A stretch of 64,000 bases of DNA. Source: Ostreococcus lucimarinus. Its lineage: Eukaryota. Made by a program: the position numbers and the translations under genes. The notes below the pieces were generated by a model. That model was not told the DNA's origin and did no database searches. It saw only the letters and a list, made by a program, of their open reading frames with translations. The DNA is taken from NCBI GenBank assembly GCA_000092065.1, contig CP000582.1. One strand, 5' to 3'. Of this stretch, positions 29,342 through 37,933 are shown in pieces (the stretch's first letter is position 1; every line of letters starts with the position of its first letter).

Positions 29342-31963
29342 CTAGTTGAAATACCACAGCGTCGTTCCCTCGATGAGCCCGAGCGTGTCTACGTTTGATT
29401 CCAAGTCGCCGCTATCGCCAGAACCTTTGCGGCGCTTTGCCACGCACACGACGACGGGAAGCCCTCTCGGCGCCTTTGAGAAGTGCACGATAGGCACTGG
29501 CGCTTGGTCGGGTGCTTGCGAATTCGTGTACTGACGTCCCGTTTTTCTGGGATCAATGTCAATCATCGCTTCTACGCGTGCTCTCGCGGCGGGCGAAATT
29601 TCATTCATGAAATTTTTCGCGTCACGCCCTGCGCCCCACACGATGAATTTCTCCCACGACTTCATGGGAAGAATGCGTTCCTCGAACGCTTGCGCGCGAA
29701 CCTGCAACAGCCGACGGCGACTACACCGTGCTGATGCGCTCTGTGGACTCCAGCGATACAACAGCACCGGGTTATGCGGGTAGTCCCCGGCGCGTAAAAG
29801 CGATGGCAAGCCCTTTTTCAAGTTCTGCTCGTAATTTAACGCCAAGTGCCGTTGGAAGAAAATTAAATCTTCCGCCTCGCCCGAACCAGGCGGTGCCTCA
29901 ACAAAACCGCCTACGGTTTCTGCGACCGTTCGCGCCATGCACCACGTCGGCAAGAGTACCGTGCACTCTCGGAATTGTTCGAGGTGAAGCTCGTTTTGCG
30001 TCATCATGTTCGCCCAGGCTTCGTAATGCTCCGTTGAACCGCTTGGATACCGTTTCCAGCACCCTCCAACGATGGCCGTCCGATTTTCCGCGGCGAGTGG
30101 CACTTGTAGCTCGAGTCGCTGTGGCATCATGACGTCGTCAGAGTCCAGGAAGACTAAAATGTCTCCGTGACTCTGCTCGATGCAACGATTTCGACAGAAC
30201 CCGATACCAAAGTTGGGCGCGTCTTCCGCGACAAACTTCGAGCTCTCTGGCCACCTGCTTCCGTTCACCACAACGGCGATGCCCACTCGGGTAAACGCCT
30301 CGCGCCAGATTTTGATGATGTCTGGCGACCCATCCGTACTGCTGTCGTCGAAGATGCTCACCTCGATTGGACCTCGGTACGTTTGAGCGCATATAGAGCT
30401 CAAAGTCTCATCTAACCAACGAGATGCGTTATACACGGGAACAATGATACTGACGCTCGGCAAAGTAGTATCCACCGGAGGTCGAACGGGTTGCTCCTTG
30501 GGCGACGTCGACACTAGGAAATCGAGCACGCGCTTGAGCTTCGGCTTGGCGGATACGACTTCTTTGAGGATGGGAATCCCAACCTGCTCATACGATTCTT
30601 GCTTCACTCGAGCCATGCCATTCGCCAAAAGGCGTACTGACGAAGTCAAGTTACTCGTTCCACTATGAATCATCCACGGGTGTAACAACGCCACGGTCCC
30701 AGCCTTCCCGACAAGTTGCTCGATGACGCCATCGATGTCGTCTCGTCGAATCGCATTTTCAGCTTCGTGCGCATCTAGCTCGTACGAAAGCGGGAGACGT
30801 CCTTCGGTCGACAATTCGCTCACTAGATCAATAGCCCATGAGTTCAAATCTTGGTGAATGATGCCGCCCTTTGAGCGCAAATGCGACGCGATCCACTTGT
30901 GTGAACCCTTGATGAACGCCGTACCGCCGCCGCCCGGGACGCAGTCGGATAAAAATACCAAAATAATCACGCCTTGGTACGGATGTCCGTCCGGTGTGCG
31001 CTGCGCATCCGTGCTGAATCCCGCGCCAATGTCTAAGTGCCAGCCTCGGTTGAGCATACGCCTTCGATTGACCGGATGCCACGACCTGGCCGCCTCGAGC
31101 TCCTCCGCCTTTGGCTCTGGAGATCCCTCCCTGACTTGTCTGTCTACGATATTTGCCGACCTTTCGTCTAAAAGCATCATCGCCCGCCCTCGCACTTGTT
31201 TTTTCGTGCACGAAGGGCGTACTCTCTGCATCAACTGCGTGATGTACTGCCACTTCTCCCCGTGCTCCGTAACAGCCGCCAGAAGCGCGGCGTCGTGCTC
31301 GGGCGCCCATGCGCTTTCATAATGCTCCTCACACTGCTTCGCCGTCCACGTCAACTCACTCGTGCTCATCATCTTCGCGATGGCATCCCAATTGTGACCG
31401 CCCTCCTTCAACTTTCTCACGTTCCCGCTGTCGCACTCTGTCCATCTCGCAGGCGCCGGCGCGCACGCCCCGCTCTCGTCGCTCACTTTCCTTCGCTTCT
31501 CGCTCTGTTCCGCCCTCGCCGCCCTCGCTTTGGCTTCCTCCGCCACGAGCATCGCTTGTTCACTATCCTTTTCCGGAAACGTCACCGGGCAGTACCAATG
31601 CCGCACGTCGCACGCGCGTCGCCGTTCGTCCACCGCGTTCAGTTCTATGTCCCACGCCGCGCGCCCGAGCACTTCGTCCAGCGCTTTCGCGAGCTCGGGC
31701 GAGTTCCTCAGCGCGTCCCACGGCGCGCCGTCGCTCGGGGCGACGACTTCGATCACCCTTCGCGCGTTCCCGCGCGGCCACGTCGAGGGGTCGTCCAAAG
31801 CGAGCGGCGTCGACGCATTTCTTTCGCGACCGCTCTCGGCGGTGACGCACGGGTCGGCGAGTTCGCGACGCAACTGCGCGCGTATACCGTCGACGACGGA
31901 CGCGGAGACGGCGTCGGGGATGAGAACGATGCCGTCGGCGATGAATCGCTCGCGGAGCGACAT
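29342..31963 (-). CDS. Multidomain fusion: PhyH-type 2OG-Fe(II) dioxygenase (interrupted by two SANT/Myb-like repeats) + GT2 glycosyltransferase + C-terminal Rossmann-like region
   Basis: ATG at 31963 (MSLRERFIADGIVLIPDAVSASVVDGIRAQL = PhyH N-terminal strand). SANT/Myb-like repeats: RWTECDSGNVRKLKEGGHNWDAIAKMM...QCEEHY and WAPEHDAALLAAVTEHGEKWQYITQLMQRVRPSCTKKQVRGR. PhyH core: WHLDIG (HxD) ... LLHPWMIHSGTSNLTSSVR (distal His/Arg). GT2: VSIIVPVYNASRWLDETLSSICAQTY...FDDSSTDGS ... DxD motif VFLDSDDVMMPQRLE. Single uninterrupted 873 aa ORF. Confidence 0.65.
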   Translation of the reverse strand: MSLRERFIADGIVLIPDAVSASVVDGIRAQLRRELADPCVTAESGRERNASTPLALDDPSTWPRGNARRVIEVVAPSDGAPWDALRNSPELAKALDEVLGRAAWDIELNAVDERRRACDVRHWYCPVTFPEKDSEQAMLVAEEAKARAARAEQSEKRRKVSDESGACAPAPARWTECDSGNVRKLKEGGHNWDAIAKMMSTSELTWTAKQCEEHYESAWAPEHDAALLAAVTEHGEKWQYITQLMQRVRPSCTKKQVRGRAMMLLDERSANIVDRQVREGSPEPKAEELEAARSWHPVNRRRMLNRGWHLDIGAGFSTDAQRTPDGHPYQGVIILVFLSDCVPGGGGTAFIKGSHKWIASHLRSKGGIIHQDLNSWAIDLVSELSTEGRLPLSYELDAHEAENAIRRDDIDGVIEQLVGKAGTVALLHPWMIHSGTSNLTSSVRLLANGMARVKQESYEQVGIPILKEVVSAKPKLKRVLDFLVSTSPKEQPVRPPVDTTLPSVSIIVPVYNASRWLDETLSSICAQTYRGPIEVSIFDDSSTDGSPDIIKIWREAFTRVGIAVVVNGSRWPESSKFVAEDAPNFGIGFCRNRCIEQSHGDILVFLDSDDVMMPQRLELQVPLAAENRTAIVGGCWKRYPSGSTEHYEAWANMMTQNELHLEQFRECTVLLPTWCMARTVAETVGGFVEAPPGSGEAEDLIFFQRHLALNYEQNLKKGLPSLLRAGDYPHNPVLLYRWSPQSASARCSRRRLLQVRAQAFEERILPMKSWEKFIVWGAGRDAKNFMNEISPAARARVEAMIDIDPRKTGRQYTNSQAPDQAPVPIVHFSKAPRGLPVVVCVAKRRKGSGDSGDLESNVDTLGLIEGTTLWYFN

Positions 31964-32189
31964 GGCCGCGACGGGCGCGGCGCGCGCTGCGGGACGAAGT
32001 CGAAATTGAAATTGCCAAACCTTTGCTGCAACAAAAAGTGCACACGACCGGGACGGCGACCGGGACGGCGACCGGGACGGCGACGAGAACGAAGAATCGA
32101 CCGAGGCGCGCGATCGGACGTGTCGTGACGTCGTGAAGTCGTGATTGAACGACGATGAAAGAATGTGATGGTACAACGCGAAGTGGAGC

Positions 32190-33305
32190 TCACACTTCGG
32201 ATCGGTCGTCGGCGTTCGCGGCGGCGGCTAGGAGGGCGTCGGATCGCTTGGCCAAACGCGTGGCCAGCGGCGCGTCCATGAAGAGCTGTGTGATGTGACA
32301 CACGATGCATGGGATTGCTATCAGACCGCCTGAGCCAAAGACATCTTCGGGGAGGTAAGATATGATGGTCATGGCCACGGGGAGGGTCTTTTGGCTGGAC
32401 ATCATCACGCACGCCACGCGTTCGGGGCCGGAGAGGCCGAGCGCGTGCGTGGCGGCGTAATTGATGGCTAGGAATACGACGTGAACCAGGACGGCGGCGA
32501 AAAGCACGGCGAATATCGTGCCTACGTTTGTGTCGATGAGCTCTTTGGCGCTCTTGGAGATGGACATCCAAACGACGATGATGAGACACGAATTATTTGT
32601 CAACGTGAGCTCCGCTTTGCGCGCGTTCGCAAACGCCGCCACTGCTGGAATCATCTCTCGCGCAACCTTCCCGAGCACGATCGGAAGCAGAATCGTGAAC
32701 AACAACTTAACCAAAAGTTTCACCGCCTGCGTCGACATGTCGTTCGCCGCCCCATTCACCGCGCTCGCCATCTCTCTCGGCCCGCTCGCCACGACGGCGT
32801 TGAAGTAAAACGGCACGGTAAACACCCCGATCAGATTCGTGCTCACCGTCAGCATCAGCGCCAGCGCGACGTTCCCTTTCGCGTTTCGCACGAGCGTCAC
32901 ACCACTCGTCAGCGTCGTCGGCACGCAGCAAAACAGCGCTAATCCGTATCGAAATTCTATCGGTTTGTACGGCACGCGTACTAGGATAAACCCGAGCAGC
33001 GGCGTCAAGCCTAATATGGCCACCCATCCGTACCCGAGCGCGCCTCGTCCAGCCTTGAGCGCTTGCGTGATTTCCTCCGTCTTCAGCGTGGCGCCGGATA
33101 TGACGAAGATGATCACCACGCACACCGTTTGGATGACGCTCCAGCCGCTCACTGACACCTTGGCGAGCGCCTTGCCGGCGGCCGGGACGGAGAGCCCGAA
33201 TAAAAGCGCGAGGCAGAAGCCGCAGACGAGAAAATTGTCGAGCAAGAAGGCGCGCGCGCGCGCGTGCATCGGTTTGGGCTCAGGCTTCACGACATCAGCG
33301 AGCAT
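32190..33305 (-). CDS. SBF-like (sodium/bile-acid symporter family-related) membrane transporter
   Basis: ATG at 33305. About 10 hydrophobic spans. Pattern GYGWVAILGLTPLLGFILV...LALFCCVPTTLTSGVTLV is typical of SBF_like/BASS-type carriers. Confidence 0.6.
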   Translation of the reverse strand: MLADVVKPEPKPMHARARAFLLDNFLVCGFCLALLFGLSVPAAGKALAKVSVSGWSVIQTVCVVIIFVISGATLKTEEITQALKAGRGALGYGWVAILGLTPLLGFILVRVPYKPIEFRYGLALFCCVPTTLTSGVTLVRNAKGNVALALMLTVSTNLIGVFTVPFYFNAVVASGPREMASAVNGAANDMSTQAVKLLVKLLFTILLPIVLGKVAREMIPAVAAFANARKAELTLTNNSCLIIVVWMSISKSAKELIDTNVGTIFAVLFAAVLVHVVFLAINYAATHALGLSGPERVACVMMSSQKTLPVAMTIISYLPEDVFGSGGLIAIPCIVCHITQLFMDAPLATRLAKRSDALLAAAANADDRSEV

Positions 33306-33449
33306 CGCGCGCGAGGCGCGGTGTGAGACGCGGACGAATGGCGAGCTAGTGAAGAAAAAGTGAAACGACGCGCTTTGGCGGCGATGTGTCTACGCGTTGG
33401 TGGTTTCACTACAACCAAACTAAAGCTTTGGTGTCGGTCGGGGTCGCGC

Positions 33450-34789
33450 TCACAGTCGATCATCGCCTCGGTGAGGCTTGACGTTGCTCATGTCTCGCGG
33501 CTCGTTTCGGTAGCTCGCCGTCGAGAGGCCGGTGATGGGCTCTTTGCGAGCTTGAAATCGCGAGAGTTTTTGCGTGACGCTCAAACCGTGCAATCTGTCT
33601 TCCTTGCCGAATGGCGCGCGGTGGATATCGAATCGATCGTCGTACTCGTCGTAATCCAAATCCGTGTAGTAGTACCCGTCGTCCTCCGTCATGCAAGAAA
33701 TGATGGTTAAGATGCCCATGGAGAGCGCGGCGACGAGGACGACGGTGGTGAGGATGACATAGAGCACCCCGTTCACGTCACTCATGTGATGGTGCGGAGC
33801 CCAGTCGATGTAATCATTCATCCCGGCGACGTATGTCGGATCAGTGTACGTCAGGTTGCTGAGTTTCAACGGCGCGACAGCCTCGATGAGCAAACCGCAC
33901 GTCGCGTTGAGCTCGCCGCCTTGCAACGCGATGCGCGCGTAACCATTTTCACCCCACTGCGTGCCCCAAGAGTTCTTTATCACGACGTACTCCATATCCA
34001 GCGTTTTATCGTAGCCGAAACCGACGGCGACGACGGCGTGATTGATCAAGTTTGGATGGTTGGCCCAATCCGGTTGACACTGATCGTACGTGAGGATGCC
34101 GCCAGAGTAGAATCTAAAGTGCTCGCCCATCGCGTTGACGGCGACGGACACCGGTTGCATGTAAATTGCCGATTTCAAGTCGTCCCACGTGTTTTCGAGG
34201 ACGATATAGTCGTCGATCGACGCTGCGTGTTTGCGAGCCGTGTTCGATCTGCAAGGCCCTACTTCGCTCGTCTTGATCGTGTACGGATGCACTGGATAAT
34301 CTTCCGCGGCGCTGATGCCCCCCTTCATCACCGCGTACTGATACCCCGTCACCATGTTACCCCCCGTGCAATCTTGATCGATCGGATCGCACTCTAACAA
34401 CATTTGAGGCGACAGCGTCACCGCCTCTCTTGTCCAAATATAGTGCACGCCCTCCACCGCGGCGGCCGTAGTAAAAGCCCAGCACCCACCGCACGCACCC
34501 TGCTCCCAAACCTTACTCAAGCCACCGAACTTGCGCCAATCCCAACTCGTTGGAAGATTATTGGCGTCGTATAACTCGCCATCCTTCCCGCGCTCGTTGG
34601 CCCAAATATCCGCGTTTCTCCGCAGAAACTCGTCGTGCATCTCGCGCCAGCTATCTTTCTTCGTCCTGCTACGGTCCCGTTCGCCATCGGGTGTCGGTAC
34701 TAACCGTCCCGTGCGCGCTACAAACTCCTCTCGCGTCCTATCGCTCCACAGCGTCGGCCCGAACGTCGCTCGCGAGTCCTCCTCCTCCT

Positions 34790-34825
<36 letters not shown>

Positions 34826-35276
34826 AGCGCTTCGACCGTCGACCCTTCGACCGATGCCCCAGCGCCGCCGAGTCGTCCTCCGCGTCGCGCAGCGCCCGCA
34901 CCACGCGCATATTCTCATAAAAAATAGCCTCCCGCCGTCGACTCTCCTCGCAAGGATACGCGTCGGCGTCGTCGCCGCAGTACTCGCGCGCGCGTCCGCC
35001 CTCGCGCGCGAACGCCTCGAACGCCTCCCGCATCGTCCGCGCGTCTTCCTCCCTCGCCAGCGTCGTCAACAGCGCGGTCTCCATCGCCGTCGCCGTCGTC
35101 GCCGGTCTCCCGTCGCCGTCGCGCGCGTCGTCGCGCGTCGTCGGCGCTTGTTGGGTGTTGCGCGTTCGATCGTCGTCGTCGTCGTCGCCGCGCGCGACGC
35201 CCGCGCGCGTCAGCGCGAGCGCCAGCGCGCACGCGACGAGCGCGACGCGCGTCGTCGACGCGCGCGCGCGCGCCAT
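33450..35276 (-). CDS. Papain-family (C1A, cathepsin L-like) cysteine protease with C-terminal transmembrane anchor
   Basis: ATG at 35276 gives signal peptide MARARASTTRVALVACALALALTRAGVARG. ERFNIN-type propeptide: EESRRREAIFYENMRVV. Catalytic Cys block: QGACGGCWAFTTAAAVEG. His block: NHAVVAVGFGYD. Asn block: IKNSWGTQWGENGYARI. Then a hydrophobic span VLYVILTTVVLVAALSMGILTIISC and a 60 aa tail. A (GCC)n-encoded poly-Ala sits inside the pro-region. Confidence 0.8.
34777..34824 (-). repeat. (CCT)4(GCC)11 coding repeat (poly-Glu/poly-Ala in cathepsin pro-region)
   Basis: Read directly; minus-frame translation SAAAAAAAAAAAEEEED. Confidence 0.9.
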
Positions 35277-35375
35277 CGCGCGTCGCCGTGTGCGCGCGCG
35301 CCGGTCGGTCCGCGACGACGGCCGTCGAGTGTTCACGCGTATAACGCGCGCGAAAACGCTATGAAATCGAGTACG

Positions 35376-35382
35376 TATAAAG
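35376..35382 (+). promoter_or_regulatory. TATAAAG box about 130 bp upstream of the ATG at 35512
   Basis: Canonical TATAAAG within a short AT-richer patch (35341..35400) of the divergent cathepsin / coiled-coil-gene intergenic region. Confidence 0.4.
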
Positions 35383-35511
35383 CGCACGAAAACACCATGA
35401 AACCGTTTTGACGACCGAGGGGGACGAGGCGCGCGCGACGGCGACGCGCGGCGCGCGACACCGCGACGCGACGCGCGCGCGACGGCGCGACGACGGCGCG
35501 ACGACGCGAGG

Positions 35512-36723
35512 ATGGTTTTTTGGGACAGTCCCGAGAGCGCGGACGAGGACGCGCGACGACCGCGCGCGCGGTGCGACGGCGAGGACATCAACCGACGCGC
35601 GACGGCGACGACGCGCGCGCGCGCGTGGTTGCGAGACGCGCTCGAGCGAGGGACGACGGCGACGGCGCGCGCGACGGCGACGAAGGAGACGTTAGTTCTG
35701 GACGACGCCGCGCGCGAAGCGCGCGAGGGAGCGACGAGCGAGGAGGAATCGAGGCACCTGCGTCGACACGTGGACGCGCTGACGAGGGAGTGCGCGGACG
35801 CCGTCGCCAGGGCGAACGCGAGCGAGATCGCGAGGGAACGATTTGAACAACTGCGGCGCGAAAATGCGGCGTTGAAAAACGCGGACGCGCTGTGCAAGAA
35901 GGCGGAGACGCGAGCGAAGGCGGCGGAGGCGAGGGCGAACGCGGCGCGGGACGCGATGGTGAGCGCGAAGCTTCGTCACGAGGCGGCGCTCAAGAAGGCG
36001 TACGAGGAAAAGGATGGCGTCGTGGAGCGCATGCGGATAGACATCGAGATGTTGCGATCGGAACTCGCGTGCGTGGAGGCCAAGGTGTCGACGCTGGAGG
36101 ATCAAAACGCGGAGATGGAGGAGGATTTGAACGAATACCGCGAAGAAACGGCGCACTTGGACGAAATCATCGCGCAGGCGGAGAGCGAGATGGTGAGAAT
36201 GCTCGAGGAGAAACGCGCGATCGAGCGTGAACTCGCGGCAAAGAGTGCGATGAACATCAAGTCGCTCATCATGAGTCCTTTCTCGCCGTCATCCAGTTCG
36301 CCGCTCGGCACGCCGCGTCTCGCCGCCGCCATGCGTTGGTTCGACACCGCCGTCGTCTCGCCAATGCGTTCGCCGTTCGCGGACATCACGAACGCCGATG
36401 ACGCCGACAACGACACCATGGGTACGAAAACACCGACCGCGCGTAAATCTCGCCTCGGACCGGGGATGAGTCCTTTACCCAAGACGCCCGGCGCCGTCGT
36501 CGAGGATTCGGCGGAGGACGTCGAGCAATACGAGAGCGACGACGAAAGCGTCGGCGTCGAGACTGTTCGAGAACGAACGTGCGAAGTCAAACGTTGGCGA
36601 TTGGTTCTTTCCAAAGTTCCCGAATCGAGACTTTACGGCAGACGTTGGAGCGACGTCGGCGTGCGCTTGCGCGTCGTCGGCGCGGTGTCGCTGTGCAACC
36701 TCGCGTCGGCGGCGTCGACGTAG
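35512..36723 (+). CDS. Coiled-coil protein (function unknown)
   Basis: ATG at 35512. Central Ala/Glu/Arg/Lys heptad region: LRRENAALKNADALCKKAETRAKAAEARANAARDAMVSAKLRHEAALKKAYEEKDG...LEDQNAEMEEDLNEYREE. Ser/Pro-rich C-terminal half. No recognisable catalytic motifs. Confidence 0.45.
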   Translation: MVFWDSPESADEDARRPRARCDGEDINRRATATTRARAWLRDALERGTTATARATATKETLVLDDAAREAREGATSEEESRHLRRHVDALTRECADAVARANASEIARERFEQLRRENAALKNADALCKKAETRAKAAEARANAARDAMVSAKLRHEAALKKAYEEKDGVVERMRIDIEMLRSELACVEAKVSTLEDQNAEMEEDLNEYREETAHLDEIIAQAESEMVRMLEEKRAIERELAAKSAMNIKSLIMSPFSPSSSSPLGTPRLAAAMRWFDTAVVSPMRSPFADITNADDADNDTMGTKTPTARKSRLGPGMSPLPKTPGAVVEDSAEDVEQYESDDESVGVETVRERTCEVKRWRLVLSKVPESRLYGRRWSDVGVRLRVVGAVSLCNLASAAST

Positions 36724-36918
36724 TTTCGCCCGGCGCGCGATCTCGAAAGCTTGTCATCATCATGTATGTTTATACCGTCATGGCATCGCGCCCCGCGAGC
36801 ACCTCGCGCGAGCGCCGCGCGTGAACGTCGTGTCGAAGCGAAGCGAGAGCGCGGCGCGGCGCGTGATTCGAAAATGATTCTCCTCTCATTACCTTCGCTA
36901 GAGTTATGTCTACGACGC

Positions 36919-37740
36919 CTACAAACGACGACCACGGCGACCACCCTTTCTACGAGTAGAATCCGTCGGCGTCGGCGTGACGTCTTCGATTCGGCCAATC
37001 TTCAACCCGGAGCGCGACAACGCGCGAAGCGCGCTTTGCCCGCCCGGACCCGGCGACTTCGTCTTATTACCCCCGGTCGCGCGCATCTTAATGTGCAGCG
37101 CCGTGATACCGAGCTCTTTGCATCGCGCGGCGACGTCTTGCGCCGCGAGCATCGCCGCATACGGCGAGGATTCATCGCGATCAGCCTTCACCTTCATCCC
37201 GCCGGTGCATCGGCTCAGGGTTTCCTTGCCCGACAAATCCGTCACGTGCTGCGTCGTCGAACGCGCGCGTCGGTCAGTCTCTCGCAATCGTCGTTCGGCG
37301 CGTCGCACGGCGCGCGCGAAAACGAAAACGAATGTCATCGCGCACGGCGTCGACGTCCTTCATCGCCGCGTCGCGCGCGCGTCGTCATCGCCATCGTGCG
37401 CGCGACGATCGCACTAGGGCTTTCATCGCGCCATCGCCATCGCCATCGTCATCGCGCGTCCCTCGCGCGCGTCGCGTCGCATCGCTCGTTCGAGCACGCA
37501 CCACGAAAGTATCGTTAAACGACGCGTAGATGTGCGCGACGCCGAAGACGAGCTCGCCCTCGCGCGCGTTGGGACCGACGTACGTAGCCTGCGCGCGGCG
37601 TCGATCGCGGTCGGGTCAGTCGGGCGTTCGCGTCGTCGTCGTCGCGCGCGCGCGCTCGGTCGCGCGCGCTCGGTCGCGCGCGCTCGACGCGATAGGCGCG
37701 CGCGTCGCGGCGTCGCGGCGTCGGTCGAGTCGCGCACCAT
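36919..37740 (-). CDS. RPS14: 40S ribosomal protein S14 (uS11), three exons, first coding exon = ATG only
   Basis: Exon 3 is 37248..36919: [109 protein letters not shown], near-identical to eukaryotic S14. Exon 2 is 37588..37502: [29 protein letters not shown]. Exon 1 is 37740..37738, ATG immediately followed by GTGCGCG. Confidence 0.85.
37249..37501 (-). other. RPS14 intron 2 (253 nt)
   Basis: Donor TTCGTG|GTGCGTGC. GAGACTGACCG about 25 nt upstream of acceptor CGACGCAG|CAC. Contains (GGCGAT)n hexamer repeats. Confidence 0.85.
37589..37737 (-). other. RPS14 intron 1 (149 nt), begins right after the start codon
   Basis: ATG|GTGCGCGAC donor. CCGACTGACCCG branch-like motif about 27 nt upstream of acceptor GCGCGCAG|GCT. 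Contains a tandem CGCGCGCTCGGT repeat. Confidence 0.65.
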
Positions 37741-37933
37741 GTCGCGGTGCGGCGCGTCGTCGAAAGACGGCGCGCGCGCGCCGCGCGCCCGCGGTCTCGC
37801 GGCGGGCGCGCGGATGGACGGTGTCGTCGATGTTGGCGTTTTCGGGCGTACTCTACGTGCGTTACTGAATACGCATACGGAGCGGTCGGTCGCCGCGGGG
37901 CCCGGCCGTTACACCGACGCGCGCGGCGTCGCG

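Noticed and set aside
37739-37741. Plus-strand ATG at 37739 (MSRCGASSK...) as the start of the AspH-like gene
   Set aside because: It overlaps the RPS14 start codon on the opposite strand (shared CATG) and lies inside the RPS14 5' region. The downstream ATG at 37934 begins a hydrophobic signal anchor and leaves a 193 bp shared promoter.
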